DNA from: Clostridia bacterium | GTDB taxonomy: Bacteria; Bacillota; Clostridia; Oscillospirales; CAG-272 | Reading direction: 5' to 3' | DNA: 64,000 nucleotides | NCBI GenBank assembly: GCA_017408585.1 | Contig: JAFQUJ010000004.1 | Span: 12,662-76,661, forward strand | Part shown: positions 18,407-28,965 of the stretch, one piece after another | Layout: every line of letters begins with the position of its first letter | Numbering within the stretch: the stretch's first letter is position 1 | Notes under the pieces: generated by a model | Databases searched by the model: none | Told to the model about the DNA's origin: nothing | The model's input: only the letters and a program-made list of their open reading frames with translations | Position numbers and translations under genes: made by a program

Positions 18407-20539
18407 ATGAGGAAAATAATAGCTACCATGATGGCGATTTTGCTTTGCGCTTGCGCCATTGTGCTTATATCGTGTGAGAGCACGGAGCGTATAAGTGTAA
18501 GGTATAGTGCGACACAGGGTGGCATAATTGAGGGAATTGCCTATCAATCAAAGGAGATAAAGAAGGGCGAGAGCGCAACCTTTGCGACTGTTAGCGCCAA
18601 GGCAATCTCGGGCTACGAGTTTGTCTCTTGGAGCGATGGCTCGACCGAGGCTACAAGAACGGACACCCTAAGCGCAAGCACCACCCTTGAGGCGACATTC
18701 AAGAAGGCGCAAATCACCGTTACCTATAAGGCGACAGAGGGTGGAAAAGTCGACGGAATAACCACACAGATGGCTGAAAAGGGCTCATATTTTCAAGAGG
18801 TGCGCGCAGTAGCCGAAGAGGGCTATGCTTTCGTCCGTTGGGACGATGACACATTTTTCGAGGAGCGCCTAGATATCGCAAGCGAAAGCAAGACCTACAC
18901 CGCAATCTTTGAGAAGATTGATTACATAGAAATCGAGTATATCGCATCACAGGGTGGAACGCTTGAGGGCGAGCTCCGTCAAAAAACGGACAAAAAGGGC
19001 GAGTCCTTTACCACCGTCAAGGCAGTAGCCGACGAGGGCTGGAGATTTTCGCATTGGAGCGACAATATAATGACGATTGAGCGCACCGATATTGCAAGCG
19101 AGGACAAGAGCGTTGTCGCAATCTTCGTCGAAACGGTAAAGGTTACATTTAGTCCGTTTGACGAAAGCCATGGCGAAATCAGCGGAAGAAAGACACAGAT
19201 AGTTGATAAGGGCTCAAAAACAATTCCCGTGACCGCAGTTGCTAAGGCTGGCTACAAATTCGTTTGCTGGTCAAACGGAGAAGAGGACGCAACAATGGAG
19301 TTTGCACCCGAGAGCGATTGCGAGGTTTTCGCAATATTTATCACCGAATATTACGAGCTGAGCGCAATTTATATAAACACACTCAACTCAAAGCCCGTAA
19401 TGCTAAAGGATCAGCCCATTACCTGCTCCGTTACTGCGGTAAAGGATGATAGCTTTAGCGTGTATAATGCCGGAGCGACCATAAAGGGACGAGGAAACAC
19501 CTCTTGGGAGGAGTCCGACAAAAAGCCATATAAGATAAAATTTGAACACAAGGTTGACCTTTTTGATATGGGCGAGGCAAAGGATTGGACCTTTATTCCA
19601 AACTACACCGATAAGAGCCTTATACGAAACTTTATCACCTATAAGAGCGCAAAAATCTTTGATTCTCTTGGAGCTACCACCGATTGCGAGCTTGTTGAGC
19701 TTTGGCTGAACGGAGAATACAGGGGCGTATATCTTGCGTGCGAGCAAATCGAGGTAGCAGATGGGCGAGTCGAGATTGACGAGAGCCTATCAGAGCTTGA
19801 CACGGGCTACCTAATCGAGCTTGACGGACGCAAGGACGGAAACCACTTTGCCATCAGCACCACGCTTAGAAATAACGCAAATAGCAATCCAAGCGTCGCA
19901 GTTGACAGATATTATGTTATCAAATCTCCCGACACAACCGACACGCTCTTCACGCCCGAGCACAAGGCGTTTATACAGAGCTACATTCAAAATTGCATCA
20001 CTACCTTAGAGCAAAATAGCGACTACGCCAAGGTATGCGAGCTAATAGATGTTGATTCCTTTGCGCAGGCGTATATCGTGTTCGAGCTGTTCAGAGCAGC
20101 AGATGTTGGATTTTCAAGCTTTTATCTGCATAAGGACGCCGGTGGGAAAATAAAGTGCGGACCTGTGTGGGATTTTGACAGAGGACTCGGCAACATAAAT
20201 TATAACAGGGACTGCTACACAATCGACAATCTATATGCCAAAAACAGTAACGAATGGTTCTATGGACTTTTGCAGTTTGAGGAATTCAAGGCGCTTGTCA
20301 CAAAATATCTTTGGGACTACAAGGACGAGCTTGAGAGCACGCTAAATGACCTTTACGATTATGTGCTATCATGTCCTAAGGCGTTTGAGCGCAACTTCAC
20401 AAAATGGGATATTTTAGACAAGGCAATTTATCCAAACCCCGCTGATATGAATGCGGTAAAGACCTGGCAGGGTCAGGTTGAGTATGTGCGTGACTATGTA
20501 GCAAGGTCGCTTGCGTATCTTCTAACACAATATAAATAA
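18407..20539 (+). CDS. secreted lipoprotein with InlB-B-type repeats and a C-terminal CotH kinase-like domain
   Basis: Lipobox LISC. Four to five repeats of about 75 aa (…GY.FV.WSDG…). CotH-like region YKIKFEHKVDLFDMGEAKDW…LWLNGEYRGVYLACEQIE. Confidence 0.78.
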   Translation: MRKIIATMMAILLCACAIVLISCESTERISVRYSATQGGIIEGIAYQSKEIKKGESATFATVSAKAISGYEFVSWSDGSTEATRTDTLSASTTLEATFKKAQITVTYKATEGGKVDGITTQMAEKGSYFQEVRAVAEEGYAFVRWDDDTFFEERLDIASESKTYTAIFEKIDYIEIEYIASQGGTLEGELRQKTDKKGESFTTVKAVADEGWRFSHWSDNIMTIERTDIASEDKSVVAIFVETVKVTFSPFDESHGEISGRKTQIVDKGSKTIPVTAVAKAGYKFVCWSNGEEDATMEFAPESDCEVFAIFITEYYELSAIYINTLNSKPVMLKDQPITCSVTAVKDDSFSVYNAGATIKGRGNTSWEESDKKPYKIKFEHKVDLFDMGEAKDWTFIPNYTDKSLIRNFITYKSAKIFDSLGATTDCELVELWLNGEYRGVYLACEQIEVADGRVEIDESLSELDTGYLIELDGRKDGNHFAISTTLRNNANSNPSVAVDRYYVIKSPDTTDTLFTPEHKAFIQSYIQNCITTLEQNSDYAKVCELIDVDSFAQAYIVFELFRAADVGFSSFYLHKDAGGKIKCGPVWDFDRGLGNINYNRDCYTIDNLYAKNSNEWFYGLLQFEEFKALVTKYLWDYKDELESTLNDLYDYVLSCPKAFERNFTKWDILDKAIYPNPADMNAVKTWQGQVEYVRDYVARSLAYLLTQYK

Positions 20540-20549
20540 AGCTAACACA

Positions 20550-20586
20550 AAAAAAGAGATTTGCAAACGCAAATCTCTTTTTTTAT
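20550..20586. terminator. bidirectional terminator between the convergent CotH genes
   Basis: aaagagatttgc-aaac-gcaaatctcttt flanked by an A-run and a T-run. Confidence 0.8.
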
Positions 20587-20589
20587 TTG

Positions 20590-20725
20590 AGAAAATAACG
20601 CTCCGTAGGAGCAAATCATGAAAGCAATGCTTTTAATTCATGCCGAAGGCAATTCATGTTGCATAGCAACTATTCATGAAACCATGAGGCTGCAACTAAT
20701 TGGTGTAGCTCAATAGTCAAAATTT
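20590..20725. repeat. AATTCATG-linked hairpin array
   Basis: gctcc-gta-ggagc, aaagc-aat-gcttt, gcc-gaa-ggc and ttgc-ata-gcaa hairpins joined by (a/t)a(a/t)tcatg. Confidence 0.75.
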
Positions 20726-20728
20726 CAT

Positions 20729-22855
20729 TTAGTCTAAATTAGTGTAGTTTTCCTTCAAGGCTGTAAGGGATTTTTCAAGGTACGCCTTACAATATGCGAC
20801 ATGCTCCTCCCAGGTGTCGATTTCGACAATGTAGGTTGGGTTGGTCCATGTATTGACGCCGATTACATCCCACTTTTCAAAGTTTTGCTTATATGCCTCG
20901 CTCTTGGAGAGGGCATAGGTGGTCACATCGTCAATCATTTTTTCAATTTTTGGCGCATATTCTGCAAGCTCTGTGGCAACAAGCGCCTTGAAATCGTCAA
21001 ATCTTAATAGCCCCTTAAACCAAGGGTTCTTATCTCTTGCATAAAATTCCAAATTGCTTGAGCTGGGGTCTTGATAGTAGGTTTTACCATATGATTTGTG
21101 CTCTGCGTTTCCGAGCGACATATCAAAATCCCACACAGGTCCACACCTCATAACCCCACCTGCGTCCTTATACATATAGAACGACGAGTAGTCAACATCG
21201 GGGTTCTTGGTTAACTCATATACAATATATGCCTGTGCAAACGATTTTACATCAATTAGCTCACACACCTTAGCGTAATCGTCAGCATAGAGCGCATCAA
21301 TGCAAGACTTAATATAAGCACGAATGTATTCCTTGTGAGCGTCGGTAATTTCAAGCTCGTCGGGGGCCTTTATCGTGTAAGCGCGATTGCTTCTAAGAGA
21401 ATCGGGCACAGACACATAAATATCGGTTGATGCACCATCAAGCGCCCATTGGTCCATCTCAATTAGATAGCCCGTATCGACGCTATCGGGAATTTCGGTT
21501 ATATCAACACGATCATCATCAATCTCGATTTGCTCGCAAAGCAGATACACTCCACGATATTCTCCGTTAAGATAAACCTCGACGCTCTGACAATCGGGTG
21601 ACGCCTCTAGCTCGCTAAATTCGCCGGCAATCTTGTACGCAAGGCAGTTTCTTAGAAGAGAATTATCAATATAATCAGCCAAAAGCACCCAATCCTTCGC
21701 CTTTCCAAAGCCGAATAGATTTTGCGACACATCAAGCTTGAATTTGTAGGGCTTTTTGGGGAATTTTGTCCAAGTAGAGTTGCCTCTGCCTCGAATTTGA
21801 GCTGTCGCCTCGATTAGATTGTGGTCGCCTTCTGTGTCATTTATACTGATTGTGCAAGCGATATAGTCCTTTTTAGAGGTTACATCCTTACCTGTTACTG
21901 TATTAATAAAAACTGTTGGTAGGCCGTAGCCCTTTTTCATAAAATGTGCGTAAATTGTTGTGTCCTCGGTGGGCGTTATAGCCATTGATTTTGAGGTTGT
22001 TCCGTCGCTCCAGCACACAAACTCGTATCCCTCAATCTCACGAACAACAACTGCAAAAGAGCTCTCGCCAACAACCACCTGTTGCACGGCCTCGCCTGCG
22101 ATTTTTCCCATTGTGGGGTCGCATGTAAAGGTGACGGTGTAGTATTTTTTGAAGGTTGCCTGAACGCTAAGCCCATCTGCTGTGATAAGGTCGTTTCTTA
22201 TAGGATTTGTGCTTCCGTCGCTCCAAGAAACGAACTTGTAGCCCTCGCTAGCCACTGCAGTAACGGTGCTTGAATAATCGCCAATGGTCACGCTTTGTGT
22301 TGCCTCGCCGTTGATTTTTCCGCCCTCGCCACTCTCATATGTAACGCTAGCCTTGTTGGTAAAAATGGCAGTAAAGGTCTTGTCGGTATCGCCAAGGTCA
22401 CGCCTTGTGGGGCTCTTGTTACCATCGTCCCAAGAAACAAACCTAAAGCCCTCGTCAGCTATCGCCGTAACGCTAACTCCGTTACCACCGGGGGTTATGT
22501 ATTGCGTAGCTTGACCCTCGATAGAGCCACCACCCTCGCATTCATATTTAAGAGTTACTCTGTCAAGAGCGAAGGTTGCGCTAAATGTAGCACTTGCGCT
22601 AAGGAAATCCTCTCGCCTTGCCTCGGTTGAGCCATCGCTCCAAGAAACGAACTTATAGCCATTATTTGGCACAGCCATGACAGCGTTGAATTTAGCCACG
22701 CCATCAACAGCGTCCTTTACCTGATAGGGCATGCCCGAAATGTACCCACCCTCAAGCGCAGTATATTGAACGCTAATCGAGACAGGCTCATCAGAGCAAG
22801 AGCTAAGGGCAAAAAGAGCCAAAATAATTAAAGCAAATAAAAGTAGCCTTTTCAT
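20729..22855 (-). CDS. secreted lipoprotein with InlB-B-type repeats and a C-terminal CotH kinase-like domain (paralog)
   Basis: Same architecture and length as 18407..20539 (lipobox LSSC; YKFKLDVSQNLFGFGKAKDW…VYLNGEYRGVYLLCEQIE). Convergent with its paralog. Confidence 0.78.
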   Translation of the reverse strand: MKRLLLFALIILALFALSSCSDEPVSISVQYTALEGGYISGMPYQVKDAVDGVAKFNAVMAVPNNGYKFVSWSDGSTEARREDFLSASATFSATFALDRVTLKYECEGGGSIEGQATQYITPGGNGVSVTAIADEGFRFVSWDDGNKSPTRRDLGDTDKTFTAIFTNKASVTYESGEGGKINGEATQSVTIGDYSSTVTAVASEGYKFVSWSDGSTNPIRNDLITADGLSVQATFKKYYTVTFTCDPTMGKIAGEAVQQVVVGESSFAVVVREIEGYEFVCWSDGTTSKSMAITPTEDTTIYAHFMKKGYGLPTVFINTVTGKDVTSKKDYIACTISINDTEGDHNLIEATAQIRGRGNSTWTKFPKKPYKFKLDVSQNLFGFGKAKDWVLLADYIDNSLLRNCLAYKIAGEFSELEASPDCQSVEVYLNGEYRGVYLLCEQIEIDDDRVDITEIPDSVDTGYLIEMDQWALDGASTDIYVSVPDSLRSNRAYTIKAPDELEITDAHKEYIRAYIKSCIDALYADDYAKVCELIDVKSFAQAYIVYELTKNPDVDYSSFYMYKDAGGVMRCGPVWDFDMSLGNAEHKSYGKTYYQDPSSSNLEFYARDKNPWFKGLLRFDDFKALVATELAEYAPKIEKMIDDVTTYALSKSEAYKQNFEKWDVIGVNTWTNPTYIVEIDTWEEHVAYCKAYLEKSLTALKENYTNLD

Positions 22856-22858
22856 AAA

Positions 22859-23224
22859 TTATTTGATAAGTGTAGATAAAATAATTCTAGCGCTTGCAAC
22901 ATTTGTAGCAAGTGGAATAGATTGAACATCGCAAAGACGAAGAAGAGCAGAAACATCAGGCTCGTGAGGCTGAGAGGTCAGTGGGTCACGAAGGAAGATG
23001 ATAAGGTCAAGCTTGCCCTCGGCAACCATAGAGCCAATCTGTTGGTCGCCCCCAAGAGGACCGCTCTTCATTCTTCTAACATTAAGACCGGTTTCTCCCA
23101 TAACAAGAGTTCCGGTAGTTCCCGTAGCAAAAAGCTCATGGTGTGCAAGCACATCCTTATATTCAATAGCGAGCTTTATCATATCGTCTTTTTTCTTGTC
23201 GTGGGCTATTAGTGCAATTCTCAT
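22859..23224 (-). CDS. mgsA: methylglyoxal synthase
   Basis: 121 aa. [15 protein letters not shown]…LFATGTTG…[10 protein letters not shown]… is the canonical MgsA sequence. Confidence 0.92.
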   Translation of the reverse strand: MRIALIAHDKKKDDMIKLAIEYKDVLAHHELFATGTTGTLVMGETGLNVRRMKSGPLGGDQQIGSMVAEGKLDLIIFLRDPLTSQPHEPDVSALLRLCDVQSIPLATNVASARIILSTLIK

Positions 23225-23230
23225 TTTTTA

Positions 23231-23420
23231 AGTGGTGATAAGCTTCGCAATACTGCGTTGCTCCCGAACGCCGACCTTGCCGTATGAAAATACGCCATCG
23301 CCCGTCGCTGATGCGGTGCGCCTTGCGCAGGGGTTCCCCAAAGCGAACAAAGTGAGCTTCGGGGGTTCGCGTGATTGCTTGCTTCTAACCCCTTAATCTC
23401 GGGGCTTTATCACTCTCTCC
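23231..23420. repeat. junction-type element plus associated downstream module
   Basis: …aatactgcgttgctcccgaacgccg-ACCTT-gccgtat-gaaa-atacgcc-ATCGCC-cgtcg…, then …caaagcgaacaaagtgagcttcgggggttcgcgtgattgcttgcttctaacccc…, also found at 38165-38240. Confidence 0.8.
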
Positions 23421-23516
23421 TTTTCATTTTTATTTAATTTATTTCGAGGAATGAGCGGTATCCCTTAAAATCGGGGTTTTATCACTTTTTCCTTTTCATT
23501 TTTACCTATTTATTGA

Positions 23517-23557
23517 TTTCTTTTTTGTTCACTTTTTTCTTTTTCCAAAGAAAAAAG
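23517..23557 (+). repeat. Y-Y-R triad element, plus-strand orientation, between two minus-strand genes
   Basis: TTTCTTTTTT-gttca-CTTTTTTCTTT-ttcc-AAAGAAAAAAG, 10 nt from the stop of 23568..25760. Confidence 0.8.
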
Positions 23558-23567
23558 TGAGAACACA

Positions 23568-25760
23568 TCATATCTTACAGCCGAGGGTGATTTCGCTTTG
23601 AGTGGTTTCGTAGGCGTCACCGTTAGGCAGATACACGATCTTACGGACATTATCGTTTGATTTTACATGAATTGTAAGCTCGTTATTGGTTTTTCTCCAA
23701 GAAACGAAGACATTGCCGGCGATAGTGGAAACAGTTCCTCTTGCGCTGTCGCGCCCCTCGATATATGGCTTAATCGAGATAGATTTTTCCTCGACATTAT
23801 AGGTTCTAACGCCGAGAATGGTTGCGCTAAACTCATAGATTGCGAGTGCGCCCCATGCGTGACAATCACTTCTTGACTCTGTTGGAGTTTCGGGGATAGT
23901 AGTACAGCCGAGCTTGAGAAGGCCTCTATACGAGCTCATCATTTCCTCGGTATATGAATACATTCCCACAGCCTCGAGCGCACGGAAATAGAAGTACGCA
24001 AATGCGTATGTAGCCTTCGCATCGAGCGTGAGCGAGTTTTTCATAATCTGCTTAGCGCGACGAGGCTTTGCAGTACCACTAAGTGTACACCAGGTCTGCA
24101 TATGCTGAGAAAATCTTGTGTGGTCAACATTGTCGGCGTAAAGTCCCTTTTCCTCGTCCCAGAACACACGATTTGTGTTTTCCTTTAGCTCCTCGGCAAG
24201 ACCAAGATACTCTCTTGCGACATCTGTTCTGCCACAAACTGCATTGAGCTTAGCTCCACATTGTAAAAAGTACGCCATCATAGGATTATAGATACCGATA
24301 ATTCCACCATCAATATTTACGGGAACACCGCCATCGTTCTTGCCCTCGACATAGCTCCAAGGCTTAGCCCAGTCAACGAAATTCCAATACTTGCTTTGAC
24401 CTACAAGTCCGTCATCGGTCATGTGGCGTCTAAACCATTCGATTACGCCATCAATTGCGCGAAGGTGAGCTCTGACAAGTGTGGTGTCGCCAAATCGAAT
24501 ATAGTGCGCGTACACCATAAATATAAAATAGAATTGAAATGTAGGAATGTGTTGCTCGCCGACAGAGGGGGTTCTTGATGGCATAAGTCCATCAGCGTAT
24601 TGCGCCTGTGCGAAATCGTTCATAGCCTTGCGTGCAAGCAAATCGTCATCGGTCAGCTGATAGTTAAACAGCATTTGAAGCGAGGTATCCATAGCATATT
24701 GAAGCTGTTCATAGAAAGGGCAATCCTCGTAGGATTCGTGCATACAGCGTCTAAGGGTGCGCACGCTGATATCCCAGAGGGCGTTATCGTCATCACGACC
24801 AAAATCGTAGTCCTCACGCACGCTCATAGGGTAGTTTACCTCTGTGAAATTAACCATTTCAACAGACACATCTCCCACCGTTTCCACCTTTATAAAGCGG
24901 AAGCATCTAAACCAGAATGGCTCAAAGATATATTCGCCATCAACTGTTACAGTATCAATCATTTCGCGACAAATTCCCTTGCTCCTGTCGGTGCGGTGCG
25001 AGTTGGTCTTGCCCTTGTCGCTATCAAAGCACTCAAAATATACTAAATCAACCACACCCTTGCCCGAAATCTTAAATCTGGGGAAGCCAAAGGTAAGGTA
25101 TTCAGCCTCAAAATATGTACCGTCAAAGGAAATAATTGAGCGCTTATCGGCAAAGTCGAGCATAGGAATAGGACGCTCAAACAAGAAGCATTTGTTAGTT
25201 GAGCCCCACCAATAGTGGTCAGCCTCGCCATTTGAAATTCCGCATTGAACCTTAGCACCAACAAATTTAAGAGCGCCTTGCTTTACAGAATCGTGTCTTT
25301 CACGAGTTGTCGCAGAATAGCAGGAGCGAGCATTTATATGCTCAATTCCGTCACATACTGCGCAAAGGAAGCTCTCGTCGCTTTTGATTATGGTGTCACC
25401 ACACACAAGCTCAAGCGCAAGCAGAGCAGAGCCGACACGGAGCACGCCCTCGATAGGCGACATTTTGCCCTCCATATCAGTTGAAACCAGCTGAAGCACC
25501 TCGACAAAAAGCTCGTTTTTGCCTTCCTTTAAATATTTAGTTACATTAACGGTGTCGAAAAAGGTCTTTTCACGAGAGCCCTTGCAAGGACCAACAGCGA
25601 CCATTTCGCCATTAATAAAAAGCTTGTACCTCGCTTGTGCTGAAACCTCAACTATGGCATTTTCAACCACATCAAGCACAAAATCGCGCTTGAAGAAGTA
25701 GGTTTTGTTGTCAGAGGCGTTTGTTGCCTCGGGGTGTGTTATCCAAGAACAATGTTTCAT
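23568..25760 (-). CDS. alpha-L-rhamnosidase-like (GH78-type) six-hairpin glycoside hydrolase
   Basis: 730 aa. N-terminal rhamnosidase-N-like beta-sandwich (…ARYKLFINGEMVAVGP…) and an (alpha/alpha)6 region with YEDCPFYEQLQYAMDT. Substrate unknown. Confidence 0.6.
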   Translation of the reverse strand: MKHCSWITHPEATNASDNKTYFFKRDFVLDVVENAIVEVSAQARYKLFINGEMVAVGPCKGSREKTFFDTVNVTKYLKEGKNELFVEVLQLVSTDMEGKMSPIEGVLRVGSALLALELVCGDTIIKSDESFLCAVCDGIEHINARSCYSATTRERHDSVKQGALKFVGAKVQCGISNGEADHYWWGSTNKCFLFERPIPMLDFADKRSIISFDGTYFEAEYLTFGFPRFKISGKGVVDLVYFECFDSDKGKTNSHRTDRSKGICREMIDTVTVDGEYIFEPFWFRCFRFIKVETVGDVSVEMVNFTEVNYPMSVREDYDFGRDDDNALWDISVRTLRRCMHESYEDCPFYEQLQYAMDTSLQMLFNYQLTDDDLLARKAMNDFAQAQYADGLMPSRTPSVGEQHIPTFQFYFIFMVYAHYIRFGDTTLVRAHLRAIDGVIEWFRRHMTDDGLVGQSKYWNFVDWAKPWSYVEGKNDGGVPVNIDGGIIGIYNPMMAYFLQCGAKLNAVCGRTDVAREYLGLAEELKENTNRVFWDEEKGLYADNVDHTRFSQHMQTWCTLSGTAKPRRAKQIMKNSLTLDAKATYAFAYFYFRALEAVGMYSYTEEMMSSYRGLLKLGCTTIPETPTESRSDCHAWGALAIYEFSATILGVRTYNVEEKSISIKPYIEGRDSARGTVSTIAGNVFVSWRKTNNELTIHVKSNDNVRKIVYLPNGDAYETTQSEITLGCKI

Positions 25761-25798
25761 ATCTTTATCCTTCCATTTTATAATTCTCGTTATAAATC

Positions 25799-25965
25799 TT
25801 GCTCCATAGGAGCATTAATGCACACATTGTGCGCAATTCATGCGACTTGTCGCAAATCATGAACGCTTGCGTTCAATTCATGCAACGCAGTTGCAATTCA
25901 TGTGCCAAAGGCACAATTCATTCCTCACTCCGCATTCCACATTCCGCACTTGAACGCATTCCGTT
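25799..25965. repeat. inverted partial copy of the 6493-6650 hairpin array plus a CATTCCR heptamer tail
   Basis: …catgaacgcttgcgttcaattcatgcaacgcagttgcaattcatgtgccaaaggcacaattcattcctcactccgcattccacattccgc…. Confidence 0.85.
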
Positions 25966-26435
25966 CATATCACCTCGCACACGAATGCGCGATGGAGACC
26001 GCCATTTTGATAGAATTTGAGGGGGGATGTGTCGCAAAAGCCCTCTTTTTCCAAATCGAAGGTGTAGAGAACCTTTAGCTTCAATGTGATTTTCGCCTCG
26101 TCGATTACAACAAAGCCATCATCGCATGAATATTTGAGGTCGCACGCCTCGAATTTGTTTACATTAGCGCCCGATTTTGTTCCACAAAACGCAAGAGCGT
26201 CCTTTTTTTCGTCGCCAAAAAACGACAATGTCATTTTATCGGTTTTCTCCAAAAGCCCGTAGGTGTGTCGCTCGGGGCGCACAAACACGGTGCAAATCTC
26301 CTTGCCCCAAAGCACGCCGGATGCTCCCCACGAAACAGTCATTGTGTTAGCCTCGCCATCGGGAGTGACCACGCTCAAAAGAGCGCCTGCGCCAATAAGG
26401 GTGGAAAAGCCTTGATTTAGCTCGCTTAGCTTCAT
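25965..26435 (-). CDS. flavin reductase-like FMN-binding split-barrel protein
   Basis: 156 aa. …ANTMTVSWGASGVLWGKEICTVFVRPERHTY… is typical of the flavin reductase-like domain family. Confidence 0.7.
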   Translation of the reverse strand: MKLSELNQGFSTLIGAGALLSVVTPDGEANTMTVSWGASGVLWGKEICTVFVRPERHTYGLLEKTDKMTLSFFGDEKKDALAFCGTKSGANVNKFEACDLKYSCDDGFVVIDEAKITLKLKVLYTFDLEKEGFCDTSPLKFYQNGGLHRAFVCEVI

Positions 26436-26587
26436 ATTTCACCTCGAAAATTAGTTGTCAAGATAATTTTATCAAAAAAACCGTCTCTCGTCAATAAGAA
26501 AGAGCAAAAATAGTTCCTCGATAGGCAAAAAATGAGCAAAAATTCAAAAAAATCTGTTAAGTTTGCGCTCAAATTAAAAAAATACTC

Positions 26588-26616
26588 TTGACTTTTTTTA
26601 TATAATATTATATCAT
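26588..26616 (+). promoter_or_regulatory. candidate promoter of rny
   Basis: TTGACT 26588-26593, 17-nt spacer, TATCAT 26611-26616. Confidence 0.55.
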
Positions 26617-26759
26617 TATTATATGTAGATTTAATGATAATGCTAAAATGCCTAAAATTGTCCTCTGCGATTTGAGGGGAGCTTGATTGCATTTGCGCAT
26701 GCGTCATTTGTTGCATAAGAAAATTTTGTGAGTCAATTCTCACAGGAAAGGAGCATAAC

Positions 26760-28307
26760 ATGCTAGAATATGTTATCGGCGGAGCTATTGGTATCGCTGT
26801 CGGTGCACTAATCGGTGCTATTATCGGCTACATAATAAGAAAAAAATCCGCAGAAAAGCGTGTCGGCTCGGCAGAGGCTCAGGCAGCAAGCATTCTTGAA
26901 AATGCAATGCTCGCAGCTGAAACCAAGCGCAAGGAGATGATCCTTGAGGCAAAGGAGCAAATACTTGCAGATAAAAACGAGTTCGAGCGTGAGGTTAAGG
27001 AAAGAAGAAACGAGCTGTCCCGTCAAGAACAGCGACTTAACAACAAGGAAGAAAATCTTGACAGAAAAACAGAGGCTCTTGAAAAGCGCGAGGAGGCGCT
27101 TGCCAAGAAAATCAAGGAATATGAGGAGCTACTTGAAAAGGTTAAGACCATTCGCGAGGAGCAATTAAAGCTACTTGAGAGAATTTCGGGCTACTCAATT
27201 GAAGAGGCTAGGGCTCTTCTCATTAAAAACCTAGAGGACGAGGTAAGACACGAGCAGGCTCAAAGACTTATGGAGCTTGAGGCTGAATGGAGGGAGAACG
27301 CAGACGCAGAGGCTAGAAACATTATCGCTCTTGCTATCGCTCGTTGCGCAGCTGACCATGTTAGCGAGGCGACCATTTCTGTTGTTCAAATTCCAAACGA
27401 CGACATGAAGGGTCGTATTATCGGCCGTGAGGGTCGTAATGTTCGTACAATCGAAAACCTCACAGGTGTTGAGCTTATTATTGACGATACCCCTGAGGTT
27501 ATCACAATCTCGGGCTTTGACCCTGTAAGGCGTGAAATTGCAAGAATTGCTCTCGAAAAGCTTATCGCTGACGGACGCATTCACCCAACAAGAATTGAGG
27601 ACTGCGTTGAAAGAGCTAAGAGAGAGGTTGAAACCACCATTAAGCAGGCGGGCGAAAAGGCAACCTTTGAAACAGGCGTTCACGGACTTAATATCGAGCT
27701 TATTAAGCTACTTGGTAGGCTCAAATTTAGAACAAGCTATGGTCAAAATGTGCTCACACACTCAATCGAGGTGTCCGAGCTGTCGGGAATTATCGCAGCA
27801 GAGCTTGGCGCAGATGTTACTCTTGCTAAGCGTGCAGGACTTCTTCACGATATCGGTAAGGCGCTCACCGCTGAAATCGAGGGCTCACATGTTCAAATCG
27901 GCGTAGATGTGGCTAAAAAGTATAAGGAAAGCAAGGAAGTTCTCCACGCAATCGAGGCTCACCATGGTGATGTTGAGCCACATTCACTTATCGCATTTAT
28001 CGTTCAAGCGGCTGATGCCATCAGCGCAGCTCGCCCGGGCGCAAGAAGAGAAAATCTTGAAAACTACATTAAGCGTCTTGAAAAGCTCGAGGAAATCGCC
28101 AACAGCTTTGACGGCGTAGAAAAGACCTTCGCAATTCAGGCAGGCCGTGAAATTCGTATCATGGTTAAGCCCGAGCAAATAAACGACGATACCATGCCAC
28201 TCGTAGCTCGTGAAATCGTTAAAAAGATTGAAAGTGAGCTAGAGTATCCGGGACAGATTAAGGTTAATTTGATACGAGAGAGCAGAGTAGTAGATTACGC
28301 CAAATAG
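26760..28307 (+). CDS. rny: ribonuclease Y
   Basis: 515 aa. N-terminal TM helix, long coiled coil, KH domain ([15 protein letters not shown]), HD domain (HSIEV…LLHDIGKA). Confidence 0.95.
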   Translation: MLEYVIGGAIGIAVGALIGAIIGYIIRKKSAEKRVGSAEAQAASILENAMLAAETKRKEMILEAKEQILADKNEFEREVKERRNELSRQEQRLNNKEENLDRKTEALEKREEALAKKIKEYEELLEKVKTIREEQLKLLERISGYSIEEARALLIKNLEDEVRHEQAQRLMELEAEWRENADAEARNIIALAIARCAADHVSEATISVVQIPNDDMKGRIIGREGRNVRTIENLTGVELIIDDTPEVITISGFDPVRREIARIALEKLIADGRIHPTRIEDCVERAKREVETTIKQAGEKATFETGVHGLNIELIKLLGRLKFRTSYGQNVLTHSIEVSELSGIIAAELGADVTLAKRAGLLHDIGKALTAEIEGSHVQIGVDVAKKYKESKEVLHAIEAHHGDVEPHSLIAFIVQAADAISAARPGARRENLENYIKRLEKLEEIANSFDGVEKTFAIQAGREIRIMVKPEQINDDTMPLVAREIVKKIESELEYPGQIKVNLIRESRVVDYAK

Positions 28308-28310
28308 GCG

Positions 28311-28895
28311 ATTATAACTTCGTTATGTGTTGTTGCTCCTCGCCGGCGACCTCGATGTACGCATTGTACACCTTCGTCCGCCGTCTGTGGTGCGCCTAAC
28401 CTAACTCGTTCTAATCCCCTATTTCCACCAAGTGGAGTGCGCGTTGGGCTTCATCCACGACCTTGCCGTACGCTATGTACGCCATCCCCGTGGCTTCCAG
28501 TCCGCCTTCGGTGGCAAACCGAACGCTCCGCAGGAGCATATCGAGCACGAAGCGCATATCGAGTTGCGTTAGCAACATATCGAGTCCGTTAGGACATATC
28601 GACCTATGCAACTCCCTTCGGCGTGAATAGTTGCTGTGCAACATGAATTGGCTAACGCCATTAATTGACACTCTGTGTCGTGAATTGCACACCTTGTGTG
28701 CATTAATGCTCCGTAGGAGCAAATCATGAACGCTTGCGTTCAATTCATGCAACGCAGTTGCAATTCATGTGCCAAAGGCACAATTCATTCCTCATTCAGC
28801 ATTTCGCACTTGCGAAGCACCGCACTTGCGAAGCACCGCACTTGCGTAGCACTGCACTTGCGTAGCACCGCACAATATGGCACTAAGTGTCAATT
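28311..28895. repeat. compound repeat region in the rny-ymdB spacer
   Basis: Two junction-type elements (28321-28410 and 28455-28520). ATATCGAG-linked hairpins (28530-28615). Inverted copy of the 6493-6650 array (28640-28797). 16-nt tandem cgcacttgcg(a/t)agcac x 4.3 (28805-28873). Confidence 0.85.
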
Positions 28896-28897
28896 AT

Positions 28898-28933
28898 GGG
28901 AACGACACTTGTCGTTCCCATTTTAAATTTTTC
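28898..28933 (+). terminator. terminator-like hairpin upstream of ymdB
   Basis: gggaacgac-actt-gtcgttccc followed by attttaaattttt. Confidence 0.6.
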
Positions 28934-28965
28934 GAGCTTAGCTCGGTAGAAAGAATTTTTAAATA

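Noticed and set aside
23231-23330. Minus-strand translations of junction-type elements give similar peptides (…TGDGVFSYGKVGVREQR…, …TGDGYLVIVEVVSEEQQ…, …KVYNAYIEVAGEEQQ…), suggesting a small-ORF or pseudogene family.
   Set aside because: There is no consistent start codon or RBS, and frames and stops differ between copies. The stems covary to keep pairing, which coding constraint would not produce. Treated as a structured repeat, though a coding remnant is not fully excluded.
26432-26761. ORF 26432..26761 (-) upstream of rny.
   Set aside because: AT-rich, covers the rny promoter and leader, has no RBS and is a low-complexity peptide.
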